The translations under genes were made by a program, and so were the position numbers. A DNA stretch of 64,000 nt from Nanobdellati archaeon (GTDB lineage Archaea > EX4484-52 > GLR71): contig JAHYJR010000001.1 of the NCBI GenBank assembly GCA_019429005.1, forward strand, positions 72,663-136,662, in the 5' to 3' direction. The stretch's first letter is position 1; every line of letters begins with the position of its first letter. Shown piece after piece: positions 23,250 to 33,784 of this stretch. The notes beneath the pieces are model-generated. The model worked only from the letters and a program-made list of their open reading frames with translations, did no database searches and was not told the origin of the DNA.

Positions 23250-24536
23250 TTTTTTCAAAGACTCAATCTTCTTAATACCAAACATATATGGTCTTAAAAC
23301 TTTTGGAACTTTTATAGAACCATCTTTCTGCTGAAAATTCTCAATTATTGCGACAAGTGCTCTTGTTGTTGCAATCGCTGTACTATTTAAAGTATGAATT
23401 GGTTTTGTTTCTGCCCCAGGATTATCCCATGAACGGATATTCAATCGCCTAGCCTGATATTCTGTACAATTACTACAAGATACAACCTCACGATATGTAT
23501 TTTGTACAGGCATCCACACTTCGATATCATATTTTTTTGCAGCAACCGTACCAAGATCCCCTGTACAGATATTAACAACACGATATGGTAACTCTAATTT
23601 TTTAAAAAGTTCTTCAGCATTCAAAAGTAATTCTTCATGTATTTTCCAAGAATCTTTAGGCTCGCATAAAACAACCTGTTCTACCTTATTAAATTGGTGG
23701 ACTCTAAATATCCCTTTGGTATCTTTACCGTGTGAACCTACTTCTTTTCTAAAATTTGTAGTAAACCCTGCATATTTTATTGGAAGTTCATTATTTTGAA
23801 GAATTTCATCCTTGTGCTGAGCTGTTAATGTGTGTTCTGAAGTCGCAATAAGATAAAGGTCTTCATCTTCAATCTTGTATAATACATCCTCAAAATCAGC
23901 AAGATCCGTAACACCTTCATAAGGTTCTCTCTTCATCATGAATGGGGTCTCAACCAACATAAAACCTTTATTTATCAAAGTGTCAATAGCAAAACGTGAT
24001 AATGCCATCTCCATAAGTGCTAATGGTCCTTTTAAAAAATAAAATCTAGCCCCTGAAATCTTTGAAGCACGTTCAATATCAGCAATACCTAAATCAAATA
24101 TAATATCTACATGACTTTTAGGTGTAAAATCAAATTCTCTTTTTTTCCCAACAAACTTAATAGGAACATTTTTTGAATCATCAACACCAACAGGAACTGA
24201 TTCATGCATTATATTTGGCAATCGCCTCATTATATAATCTATACGTTCTTTATATCCTGTTACAGCCTCATCAAGATTCTTTATCTTTAATGCTATATCT
24301 TTTGTTTTTTTAATATTTGAAGATACGTCTTTCTTTTCTTTTTTCAAAGATGAAATTTCAAGTGCAATAATATTTCTATCATGTTTTAATGATTCTAACT
24401 GTTTTAAAGAATCTCTCCAAGACTTATCACAAATAATTACTTCATCAAGAAGCTTTATTTTGTCTTTTGATTTTCTTTTATTAAGATCATTTCTTATGAT
24501 TTCGGGATTATTTCTTACAAGAGCTATATCAAGCAT
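23238..24536 (-). CDS. serS: Seryl-tRNA synthetase
   Basis: Coiled-coil arm, LIATSE, FRKEVG, FRVHQFNKVEQ, EVVSCSNC, TLNST. Confidence 0.97.
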   Translation of the reverse strand: MLDIALVRNNPEIIRNDLNKRKSKDKIKLLDEVIICDKSWRDSLKQLESLKHDRNIIALEISSLKKEKKDVSSNIKKTKDIALKIKNLDEAVTGYKERIDYIMRRLPNIMHESVPVGVDDSKNVPIKFVGKKREFDFTPKSHVDIIFDLGIADIERASKISGARFYFLKGPLALMEMALSRFAIDTLINKGFMLVETPFMMKREPYEGVTDLADFEDVLYKIEDEDLYLIATSEHTLTAQHKDEILQNNELPIKYAGFTTNFRKEVGSHGKDTKGIFRVHQFNKVEQVVLCEPKDSWKIHEELLLNAEELFKKLELPYRVVNICTGDLGTVAAKKYDIEVWMPVQNTYREVVSCSNCTEYQARRLNIRSWDNPGAETKPIHTLNSTAIATTRALVAIIENFQQKDGSIKVPKVLRPYMFGIKKIESLKKSIN

Positions 24537-24599
24537 AAATCTCTACCTTATAACATATTTGTATAATAATTTTTTATAGTTATAAGTTAAAAAATAATT

Positions 24600-25055
24600 A
24601 TGAAAGTTACAATCGAAATCACAAAAGGATCTTTCATAAAATCTAGTATTACTCCAACAAAAACAAAACTTGAATTTATATCGCCAATACCAATACCTTT
24701 CAATTATGGTTTTATTAATGATACACAATCTGGAGATTCAGAAGCTCTTGATATTATTATTTTCGGGGAAAAACTTAAAAGAGGTTCAAAACTAGATATA
24801 TCCGCATCAGGTATAATCTTATTTAAAGATAATAATGTTAAAGATTACAAAATAATTGCATCAACAGACAAAAAAAACAAAACTTATAGAAAAATTATAA
24901 CATACCTATTTTTCAAATTATATGCTACAATAAAACCTTTAATATACCTTATATTTGAACACAAACTTGCAAAAAGCAAATTCAAAGGTATTATATGGTT
25001 TAAAAATGAAATTAAAGAGGTAAAAAACTTAGAAAAAATCACATCTACCTTGTAA
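24600..25055 (+). CDS. Family I inorganic pyrophosphatase-like protein (divergent)
   Basis: IEITKGS, PFNYGFI, GDSEALD (vs DGDPLD), DYKIIA. Confidence 0.7.
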   Translation: MKVTIEITKGSFIKSSITPTKTKLEFISPIPIPFNYGFINDTQSGDSEALDIIIFGEKLKRGSKLDISASGIILFKDNNVKDYKIIASTDKKNKTYRKIITYLFFKLYATIKPLIYLIFEHKLAKSKFKGIIWFKNEIKEVKNLEKITSTL

Positions 25056-26130
25056 TTTTCTGAGTTTTTACAATCTCATATAATTCAGCAGCTTTCTTAT
25101 TTTTTTCAAAATGTTCGCGTGCTGGACTGATTAATTCATTTAAATAAAATGCAACTGAATTTTTAAGATCTAGTGGATGTATCTTTCCATAAACAAACAA
25201 CTTTTCAAGTTCATCATAACTTAAAACTTCAAGATCACCACCAAACTTATCAGGTCTTTCAATCTTAAAAACATCATATTTTTTAAATATAATTCCTTTA
25301 GCATAATCAAGCATAGGATTATTTTCAACAACCTTTTCGGGACAATATGCATTCTTTATTTTTTTTACAATGTCTTCTTTTGAATCGTGAATATATATGC
25401 AAGTCTCAGGTTTGCTTTTACTCATTTTCATTTGAATTTGACTATCGATTACTGAATTCTCATCAAATTGTAAATTATCTATTGTTGTTGGTTTTAAACC
25501 CATAAGCATCGGATGTGATATAACAACAGGTTTCCACCAACCCAATTTAGGTCCAACTTCACGTGCAAGCATATTAATCCTTCTCTGATCTAAACCAAGC
25601 TGACAAATATCAACATCAAGCTTGAATATATCTGCACATTGCATAGCCGGATAAATTAATTGTCCTGTACTCAATGAATCTTTTTCAGTCCTACCCATTA
25701 TAGTTGTGCATCGAAGCATTCTATTGATACTTGTTTCTTTTGATATCTTCAATACACGTTCCATGTAATCCTGATCCATTATATCTTTTGCCCAAATAAG
25801 TTCAACCTTATTAAAATCAACACCGAGTGCTTTATAAACTTCTGTAAAATACAATCCAACTTTACGGATATTTTCAATATCACCACCCATCTTATTATTA
25901 AGATATGCGTGCCAATCTGCAAGAAATAGCTTAAATTTTACTCCCGCTTTCAAAAGATCTGAAATATTAAGAGCTCTTACAACAAAAGGAAGATGTGCAA
26001 CACCGGAGGGTTCAAAACCATCATAAGCTACTGGATGTTTTTTGGTTTCAAGAAGCGTTCTGAGATCGTCTTGTGTAACCGTTTCCTGTCCAATATTTTC
26101 TATAAGCTTAATTCGTGTTTCAATATCCAT
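25045..26130 (-). CDS. tyrS: Tyrosyl-tRNA synthetase (archaeal)
   Basis: YDGFEPSG, YPAMQCAD, GLDQR, KMSKS, HPLDLK. Confidence 0.96.
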   Translation of the reverse strand: MDIETRIKLIENIGQETVTQDDLRTLLETKKHPVAYDGFEPSGVAHLPFVVRALNISDLLKAGVKFKLFLADWHAYLNNKMGGDIENIRKVGLYFTEVYKALGVDFNKVELIWAKDIMDQDYMERVLKISKETSINRMLRCTTIMGRTEKDSLSTGQLIYPAMQCADIFKLDVDICQLGLDQRRINMLAREVGPKLGWWKPVVISHPMLMGLKPTTIDNLQFDENSVIDSQIQMKMSKSKPETCIYIHDSKEDIVKKIKNAYCPEKVVENNPMLDYAKGIIFKKYDVFKIERPDKFGGDLEVLSYDELEKLFVYGKIHPLDLKNSVAFYLNELISPAREHFEKNKKAAELYEIVKTQKITR

Positions 26131-26336
26131 AAAAGCACCGTTAATAGAAAATTATTCAAATAAATATATAAATTGTATTATTATAAACCACTCATAATAT
26201 ACAATATTATTTCAATTACAAAATTAAAAATCATATAAACAAAAACAAGTGCATCTTAAACATATTCAAATTTGACCCTATTTAAACAACATCTAAAAAC
26301 CAAAAACATTATATATGTATGAAATAAATTATCTTT

Positions 26337-26786
26337 ATGAATATAAATGTAATTTGCAAAAAATGCGATCATATGTTCAGATGGGATATTGACAAAACAG
26401 AAGAAAAATGTCCCTACTGTTATTCAATTCTTACTATGAAAGATATTAGAATGACACCTTTAGAGTATAAAAAATATTTACAATACATAAAAACACATAG
26501 AACTGCCTATAAAGAAACTAACAATGAACAGCTAGAAAACTCTATGCATATAACAGAAACCGCAACAAATTCAATAAATGAAACAGAAACAACTGAACCA
26601 TTAAAAGGTAAATTTATAATTAAAAAAGGTCGAACAAAATATGGTACAATCGAAATGACTGATCCCGATTACATGATACTCAAACTAAGTATATGGGCTA
26701 TGGGACCACAACAAAAATATATAATAAAACAACTTAACAAAAAGATTCATGATTTCTTAAAAGATGCTGGCTTTGATATTGATTAA
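26337..26786 (+). CDS. Hypothetical protein with N-terminal Zn ribbon
   Basis: CKKC...CPYC; 149 aa. Confidence 0.7.
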   Translation: MNINVICKKCDHMFRWDIDKTEEKCPYCYSILTMKDIRMTPLEYKKYLQYIKTHRTAYKETNNEQLENSMHITETATNSINETETTEPLKGKFIIKKGRTKYGTIEMTDPDYMILKLSIWAMGPQQKYIIKQLNKKIHDFLKDAGFDID

Positions 26787-26827
26787 TTAATTTCTAAAAA
26801 GATTAAAAACAAATAAGTGTATTCAAA

Positions 26828-27702
26828 ATTAAATGGTATATTTTTGCATTAGGATGTGCTTTTTTAACTTCACTTGCTGCAATTGTAGAGAAAAAAACAT
26901 TAATAAATGAGCACGCAATGGAATTTTCAACCGTTCTCGCAATATTTAATTTTATAATTGCCTTACTCTTACTAAAATTTGCAGATTTTAACATATTAAC
27001 CAATTCACTAAATTTAATCCTATTAATTTATACTGCTTCACTTCTTGGAAGTATCGCCTTTTAATGGTCGCAAAAAGCCTAAGACATATGAACATATCAG
27101 TTGTTTCGCCGTTATTAAATTTTAATCCGGCTATAGTTGCAATACTTGCATTTCTGATCCTTGGAGATAAATTGACAACAATCCAAATTAGTGGTATGGT
27201 TATACTTATGTTTGGTGCATATTTACTTGAAACAAAAAAAGGAAATAATAATTTTATACAGACTATGAAAAAACTAATAGCCTTAAAATATATACATTAT
27301 CTTGGTATTTCCTTTGTGTTTTATGGGTTCAGTTCTATTATTGATAAGTTTGTATTGGGTTTTATAACACCTATTACCTATATTGTTGTTATCCAATTTT
27401 TTATAGCGATAAATTTTGTAATAATGATATATCTTTTCCATAATCGTATGATCGGAATCAAAAAGGGTATAATGCGCGCAGGTAAATGGATTTTTATAGT
27501 TGCAATATTTACAACATCATATAGACTTCTTCAGTCACAAGCAATCTCTATGGCTTATATCAGTCTAGTTATTCCAATTAAAAAATTAAGCACCATATTT
27601 TCAACAATAATTGGTGGTGAAATGTTCCATGAAAAACATCTTCTTAAAAAAACGATTGCATGTGTTGTTATGCTCGTTGGAGTTTATCTTATAATAATTT
27701 AA
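26828..27702 (+). pseudogene. EamA/DMT-family transporter, frameshifted and lacking a canonical start
   Basis: Frame from ATT AAA TGG (26828) reads IKWYIFALGCAFLTSLAAIVEKK... to TAA at 27062-27064; the DMT sequence continues in the frame of ORF 27064..27702 (SVVSPL..LILGDKL, IIDK, GGEMFHEK); one T appears missing at 27059-27062. Confidence 0.7.
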
Positions 27703-27709
27703 TAACAAA

Positions 27710-29092
27710 TTGAAAATTAATTTATACCTAAAAAATACAGCTAAAACATATAAAATTATAAAATGGAAGATACTTATGGATAAAACAGCAACATTTATAG
27801 TTAAATCGGGACAATGTTCTTGGGGTAAATGCATATATTGTGGTTACGGAAAAATTGTTGGCTTAGATGCAAATATAAATAAAATAAATTCAGATATTGA
27901 TTATTTTTTTGAAAAAAATAAAGATATAACTACACTTAAAATTTTTGGCTCAGGAAGTTTTGTTGATGAAAAGCAATTTCCAAAAGAATCACAAAAATAT
28001 CTTGTAGATAAATGTCTAAAAAATAACATAAAAAACCTATTTTTTGAAAGTCGTCCGGAATTTATAACCGAAAAAAATCTAAAAATTTTCAAAAACTTAA
28101 ATTTCACTGTTGCAATAGGTCTTGAAATTGCAGACAATACAATTCTTGAAAAACTAAACAAAGGTTTCAAAATAGAAGATTACATTAAAGCAACAGAAAT
28201 TATCAAAAAATCAGGTGGTAATTCAAGAACATATCTTCTTGTAAACCCTCCCTATATTAATAATGTAGAATCTGAACTTAACAAATCTGTTGAATTTGTG
28301 CTTAAACACTCAGACACAATTGTTTTAATAAACCTATATCCTCACGCAAATGCAGATATGCTTAATTTGTATCTGGATTTAAAATGGAAACCTCTTAATA
28401 AGACCGAATTTGATAAAGTTACAAAAAAATGGAAAGATACAAATAATATTGAATTTGACTTTGAAACATTCATTTTTTCACCAAGAATACCTGAACATCT
28501 GCGAGCCGACCTTTATGGTGTAGGAGAAAAATGTCTTATGCATCCCCATTATGAAATTTGGCAAGATTATTTTAATAGATTCTATAATATACCAACTATA
28601 AAAGAATTTATTTTGTTCTTACCTTGTGCATTCAGAAAACCCTATTCAAACTCAAAAACACATAAAGATATATTAAAACAACTTATTAGACTTCCACAAT
28701 ATCCAAAAATACATCAAGTCATGGTTTCAAGTCCAGGTGTAATCCCTAGGGAATTTGAAAACAAATACCCTTTTAAATCCTATGATTGGCCAGAATGGCA
28801 GGAAACTGCTGATATTAAAAAACAATATATTGAGATTACTGCAAAACGTATTGAAGAATATCTTAAAACACACAAAGATACATACAAAAAAGTTTTCGTA
28901 TATCTTAAACCTACATCAGAAAGTTACAAAGCGGTTGAAATCGCTTGTTCAAACCTAAAAATACGACTTATAAGCTGTATAGATAAAAATACATATCAAA
29001 AAATATTGGATAAAGGAAAAGAAAAACAAATCCTTACGGATCGACTTGCTCTTGATTCGCTTTTAAAAACATTAAAAAAGGAAGCTAAATAA
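27710..29092 (+). CDS. Radical SAM (RaSEA-like) fused to ArcS/DUF5591-like domain; probable archaeosine synthesis
   Basis: CSWGKCIYCGY, GSGSF, ESRPE, IGLE in the N-half; FLPCAFRKPYSNSKTH, SSPGVIPRE, YP..SYD in the C-half; likely start 27776. Confidence 0.8.
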   Translation: MKINLYLKNTAKTYKIIKWKILMDKTATFIVKSGQCSWGKCIYCGYGKIVGLDANINKINSDIDYFFEKNKDITTLKIFGSGSFVDEKQFPKESQKYLVDKCLKNNIKNLFFESRPEFITEKNLKIFKNLNFTVAIGLEIADNTILEKLNKGFKIEDYIKATEIIKKSGGNSRTYLLVNPPYINNVESELNKSVEFVLKHSDTIVLINLYPHANADMLNLYLDLKWKPLNKTEFDKVTKKWKDTNNIEFDFETFIFSPRIPEHLRADLYGVGEKCLMHPHYEIWQDYFNRFYNIPTIKEFILFLPCAFRKPYSNSKTHKDILKQLIRLPQYPKIHQVMVSSPGVIPREFENKYPFKSYDWPEWQETADIKKQYIEITAKRIEEYLKTHKDTYKKVFVYLKPTSESYKAVEIACSNLKIRLISCIDKNTYQKILDKGKEKQILTDRLALDSLLKTLKKEAK

Positions 29093-29095
29093 AAA

Positions 29096-30403
29096 TTAGC
29101 CTACAATTTTCTGATCTTTAACTGATATATATGGTGTTACAACACCATCAACCTGTTTTATTACATCTGATGTTCCTACAATCTTCTTAAGAACATCATA
29201 AACATTTCCAACATACATCCCACCCTTTGTAGCTTTTCTAATTACACCTTTCTCAATTATAAAAGCATTAAGTAAAGTTAAACTAAAATCACCTGTAACT
29301 GAATTTGACATGTGTGACCCCATTACAGAATATATTATAATACCCGAATCAACACTAGCTATTAACTTATCTAAAGATTTATTTGAACTGTTAATACAAA
29401 AATTAGTTGTATTAATTGAAGGTTGTACTGTAAAATCACCTACAGCATTCCCTGTAGATTTAACATTATCTTTTTGTCCCCTGATACAATCATATAAAAA
29501 TCCTTTAAATACACCTTTTTCAATTATTTTTGTTTTTTGTCTTGGCATCCCTTCACGATCAAAAGCATATGAACCAATACCACCTGACATAAGCCCATCA
29601 TCTATAATTGAAACAGATTCAGATGCTATCATCTGACCAATTTTACCTTCTAAATAAGACCTTCCAGACTGCAAATTTTCTGCATTTATTGCGGAAATAA
29701 ATGTATTATTTAATATATCTGACACAACGGACGGATGTAATATTACAGTCTGTAATTTTGATACAACTTGCTTTTTATTCTGTGCCAATACAACTTTACT
29801 TGAAATATCTTTTACAAGATCGATTGTATCTAAACTTTTTAATTTTGTAGATTCGCTTGAACCATAAAAGACAGAATCTTTAAATGATATTTCAAAATCA
29901 GTACTACAAACAGTTTTTTTTCCTGAATGTTTTAAACCAGCTGTATTCTGTATTTTACTTAAATATGATACTAACCCTATTGAATTATTTGTAAGATAAA
30001 TCTCCTTATTATAATTTTTAATTGTATTCAACATTTCCTGAACCATATCAATAAGTGCATCATCTTCAATATCTAACACATTTTTATCAAATAAATTTTT
30101 AGGTTTAGACACAGATATTTGTTCTGGAAATGACAAAAGTTCTTGATTTGCATAAGCTGCATTTTTTATGGCATAATCAAAATATTTATTCAACTGCGAA
30201 ACATCTGTAGTGTATGCATAACCAATCTTTTGACCTACAATCACACGCATACCATACCCTGAAATAATCTTTTTTGAAATTGATGTAACTTTATCATTTT
30301 CAACTGTTAATGTCGTAGAATCTTGACTATTTGAAAATATTTCTGCTTCAACATTTAGTTTTTTTGCCGCACTTAATATTTTATCAATATTATAATCATC
30401 CAT
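29096..30403 (-). CDS. tldE: TldE/PmbA family protein
   Basis: FDREG, STGNA, SNSVTGDFS; no HExxxH; adjacent to tldD. Confidence 0.9.
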   Translation of the reverse strand: MDDYNIDKILSAAKKLNVEAEIFSNSQDSTTLTVENDKVTSISKKIISGYGMRVIVGQKIGYAYTTDVSQLNKYFDYAIKNAAYANQELLSFPEQISVSKPKNLFDKNVLDIEDDALIDMVQEMLNTIKNYNKEIYLTNNSIGLVSYLSKIQNTAGLKHSGKKTVCSTDFEISFKDSVFYGSSESTKLKSLDTIDLVKDISSKVVLAQNKKQVVSKLQTVILHPSVVSDILNNTFISAINAENLQSGRSYLEGKIGQMIASESVSIIDDGLMSGGIGSYAFDREGMPRQKTKIIEKGVFKGFLYDCIRGQKDNVKSTGNAVGDFTVQPSINTTNFCINSSNKSLDKLIASVDSGIIIYSVMGSHMSNSVTGDFSLTLLNAFIIEKGVIRKATKGGMYVGNVYDVLKKIVGTSDVIKQVDGVVTPYISVKDQKIVG

Positions 30404-30416
30404 AAATAATCACCAC

Positions 30417-31838
30417 TTAATCTCCGCGTCCACCTACAAGCATACTTTTTATCCTAAGATGTGGTCCTCCATTATCAACGGGAACTGATTGTCCATCTTT
30501 CCCACACATTCCTCCCATATCAACTGAACAATCATTTCCAACAGCATCAATATTTTTTAAAACTTCTAAAATATTTCCAGAAAGTGAACAATCCCGTATC
30601 ATCTTTGTCTTTTGTCCATTTTTAATTATAAACCCCCTCTCTATACCAAAAGTAAAATCTCCTGTAGACGGACTTACCTGACCACCCGTAAAACCTTGCA
30701 AATACAAACCATCCTTAACTGTAGATAACATATCATCCAAAGAATAATCACCTTTATCAAAATAAGTATTACTCATTCTTGGTATTGGCCTATAAGCAAA
30801 CGATTGTGCTCGTGCATTCCCCGTAGATTTACATCCAAATTTAGATGCAGTCTGCCTTGTATGAAGATATGAATTAAGCACACCATTTTTAATTATTTCT
30901 GTTTTTTGTGATTTTACACCTTCATCATCATATGAATAATAACCATTTTTATTTTTCAAACTGCCATTATCTATTACAGATACAAAATCAGATGCTATTT
31001 TTTTACCTAAAAATCCTTTTAAAACAGATGCATTACTTAATACTGTATCTGCTTCAGATGCATGTCCAACCGCTTCATGAGCAAAAAGTCCAGTTATATT
31101 TGGATGTAATATTACAGTCATATTTCCTGATGGTGGTAATTCTGCATCAAGAAGACTTAATGCAATTTTAGTTGTTTTTATTGCAACTGATACCGGATCT
31201 TTTAAAATTAATTTGTCAAAACCACCTAAACTTAATATTTTACCATATGATTGCTGTATATTATTTTCTTTTTTAACTATAGGTACTACTACATAATTAA
31301 CTGAAACACCATTATTTGTTATGGATGTGCCTTCAGAATTAATATATATATTTTTTGATGATTGATCCGAATATATTGATTTGACTGTCCTGACAAAAGG
31401 TGATACTTCTTTTGCAGACGAATTTGCTGTTTTAATAATATCTATTTTCTCTTTTATATCAACATCATCTGGATAAATATTTACTTTTGTTGTTAATGTA
31501 TCTTTTATAACTTTTGATTCGCTCAAAACAGATTTATCTTCAACATTTCCACGGCATCTTATTGATTTTGCAATCTTTACTGCATTCTCTGCAACAGATA
31601 AAATATCACTAATATTGTTTGATGATGCAAAACCAAAAAAACCGTTATGCAAAACACGCACAGAAAAACCCGATATTTGGCCACTATTAACTTCTTCAAT
31701 ATTTGCGTCTTTTAATCTAATTATATTTGTTCTTTTATTTTGAAACCTAAAATCTGTAAAATCCACACCTAATTTAACGCAATATTTAATAGCTTTATCT
31801 GCCAGATCATATATATTTTCATCCATAAGAATACACAA
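30417..31838 (-). CDS. tldD: TldD metalloprotease
   Basis: HEAVGHASEAD, YDDEG, PRMSNT, CGKDGQ. Confidence 0.93.
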   Translation of the reverse strand: MCILMDENIYDLADKAIKYCVKLGVDFTDFRFQNKRTNIIRLKDANIEEVNSGQISGFSVRVLHNGFFGFASSNNISDILSVAENAVKIAKSIRCRGNVEDKSVLSESKVIKDTLTTKVNIYPDDVDIKEKIDIIKTANSSAKEVSPFVRTVKSIYSDQSSKNIYINSEGTSITNNGVSVNYVVVPIVKKENNIQQSYGKILSLGGFDKLILKDPVSVAIKTTKIALSLLDAELPPSGNMTVILHPNITGLFAHEAVGHASEADTVLSNASVLKGFLGKKIASDFVSVIDNGSLKNKNGYYSYDDEGVKSQKTEIIKNGVLNSYLHTRQTASKFGCKSTGNARAQSFAYRPIPRMSNTYFDKGDYSLDDMLSTVKDGLYLQGFTGGQVSPSTGDFTFGIERGFIIKNGQKTKMIRDCSLSGNILEVLKNIDAVGNDCSVDMGGMCGKDGQSVPVDNGGPHLRIKSMLVGGRGD

Positions 31839-31905
31839 AATGATTAATGGATAATATATAATATATAGTTAACTATTTTTAAAAAATAAAAAATGCAGTA
31901 ATTAA

Positions 31906-33279
31906 TTACTGCAAATCTGCCATTTTAAGTATTGTTACTTTTCTACTTGATGTGCTTTTTTCAACATCCATACCTAAAAGATATTTTGTTTCCACATTTT
32001 CTGCAAGAACACAAATCTCATCATTAACAGTACCATCTATAAGAACTGCGAAGGGTTCTTCAACTTGTTTTAATGCAACACTTAATCCTTTTAATGGTAC
32101 ACGTCCAGCAAAAACCTTATTTTTACCAAAAATGCTTATAGCTTTAGAACCAACTAAATCTTCAAGCTGTTTTTTGAAAAATATTTTCATATCATTATCC
32201 AAATCACTTTTTTGAGATGTTGGTGTAAATGATGTTCTTGGCTGGCTTTTCTTATGGTCTAAAGATGAAACAGGGGTTTTTGTTAAATAAGTGTTTTTTG
32301 TTACTTTAACAGTCGTCTTATATTGTTTATTCACTGGTTCAGTCGTCTTATATTGTTTATTCACTGGTTCAGTCGTCTTATATTGTTTATTCACTGGTTC
32401 AGTACGATTATTATACTCTTTTTTCTTCTCATAAGATGACGCCTCATAACTTTTCAAAGATCTTATATCTCTCGCTTTATCTAATGTTACTTTTTCTCGT
32501 AAAGCTTTATGAATTTCTTTACAACTAAGTTCTTCAACTTCTTTACCTTCAGGTGCTCTTGCGATAAAATCAACTTCAGCAATCTGCTTTAATTCTTTAA
32601 TAATTATATCGCCACCACGATCCCCATCAAGAAATGCTGTAACTTCTTTTTCTTTTGAAATCTGTGTTATCTGTGGTGCAATTGCAGTACCGCCAATAGC
32701 AATACCATTACGTATACCACATTTCAAAAGTTTAAGTACGTCTGCACGACCTTCACAAAGAATTACTGATTCTGAAAGTGCAACATCTGGACCTGCTGGA
32801 AGTGTTTTATATTTTGTTATTTCTTGTGACCTTACACTTTCCTTAAGATCTTCACTGATTACCATTATTTCTGGTATATCTGATATAATATTTGCTAATA
32901 TAGCTCTTGCACGTTTTACAATATAATCTCTTTTCAAATATCTCATATCTTTTACAGAATCAATCCTCATTTTAGCATCACAAGGACCTATTCGTTCTAT
33001 AGTCTCAATTGTTGCTGCTATTAAAGCAGTTTCTGCACTATCTAAACTTGAAGGAATATCAATATCACCTTTTGATTTTGCTTTTAAAGAGATTATATTG
33101 ACTTCAATCCTTCCAATTCTTCCAGTCCTTTGAAGTTCCCTTAAATCGAGTTCTGCCCCTAAAAGACCTTCTGTCTGACCAAATAATGCACCGATAACAT
33201 CCGGTTTTTCTACAATACCTTCAGCCTCGAATTTAACATTTATAACATATTTTACTGATGTTTGAGCTAATTTTCCCAT
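31906..33279 (-). CDS. dnaG: Archaeal DnaG (TOPRIM primase-like, exosome-associated)
   Basis: KPDVIGALFGQTEGLLG, EGRADV, DGDRGG. Confidence 0.95.
   Translation of the reverse strand: MGKLAQTSVKYVINVKFEAEGIVEKPDVIGALFGQTEGLLGAELDLRELQRTGRIGRIEVNIISLKAKSKGDIDIPSSLDSAETALIAATIETIERIGPCDAKMRIDSVKDMRYLKRDYIVKRARAILANIISDIPEIMVISEDLKESVRSQEITKYKTLPAGPDVALSESVILCEGRADVLKLLKCGIRNGIAIGGTAIAPQITQISKEKEVTAFLDGDRGGDIIIKELKQIAEVDFIARAPEGKEVEELSCKEIHKALREKVTLDKARDIRSLKSYEASSYEKKKEYNNRTEPVNKQYKTTEPVNKQYKTTEPVNKQYKTTVKVTKNTYLTKTPVSSLDHKKSQPRTSFTPTSQKSDLDNDMKIFFKKQLEDLVGSKAISIFGKNKVFAGRVPLKGLSVALKQVEEPFAVLIDGTVNDEICVLAENVETKYLLGMDVEKSTSSRKVTILKMADLQ
32310..32403. repeat. In-frame 30-bp tandem repeat x3 in dnaG (TEPVNKQYKT)
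   Basis: AGTCGTCTTATATTGTTTATTCACTGGTTC at 32311, 32341, 32371. Confidence 0.95.
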
Positions 33280-33501
33280 AATTTATTCACCTATATTTTT
33301 CACGTTTTTCAGCAAACATATACAAGAAAATAATAAATAATAACAAAAAAGAAGAGTATACAATCAATTAAACAAACTAAAAATAAATGTTTCTATATAA
33401 AAATATTAATATTAATCTTATAAAATCGTACTCAATTGAATAAAATCATACCTTTCTTATATATCACCAATTTATTTGAAATTAATTATTGAATGTAAAT
33501 A

Positions 33502-33771
33502 TTATTGATAAACTTGCTTAAATGCAAATTTAACTTCTTCTAAAGTTGAATTATCTATTTTAATTTTTTTTTTCTTGCTTTTATAACCTGATATTATTTT
33601 AACAGGTTTTTTTAATATTTTGCTGAATTGCTTAATTATTTCTTTATTTACTTTATTTTTTTCTGGAATTTCTGTCACAAATACCTTAAATATATCATTT
33701 TCAAATTGTATTATAAATTTATTGCTATAAAGCTTAATATTTATTTCGATAATACAGCTTTTATTTAACAT
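33502..33771 (-). CDS. DUF167/YggU-family protein
   Basis: KVFVTEIPEKNKVNKEII...VKIISGYKSKKK pattern. Confidence 0.8.
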   Translation of the reverse strand: MLNKSCIIEINIKLYSNKFIIQFENDIFKVFVTEIPEKNKVNKEIIKQFSKILKKPVKIISGYKSKKKKIKIDNSTLEEVKFAFKQVYQ

Positions 33772-33784
33772 AATAAATCATTTA

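Noticed and set aside
26803-27003. 66-aa minus-strand ORF
   Set aside because: Antisense shadow of the frameshifted EamA N-terminal part.
29096-31838. TldD/TldE as a RiPP biosynthetic cluster
   Set aside because: No precursor peptide or YcaO gene is adjacent; the neighbouring radical SAM protein is convergent and looks tRNA-related; TldDE pairs are widespread.
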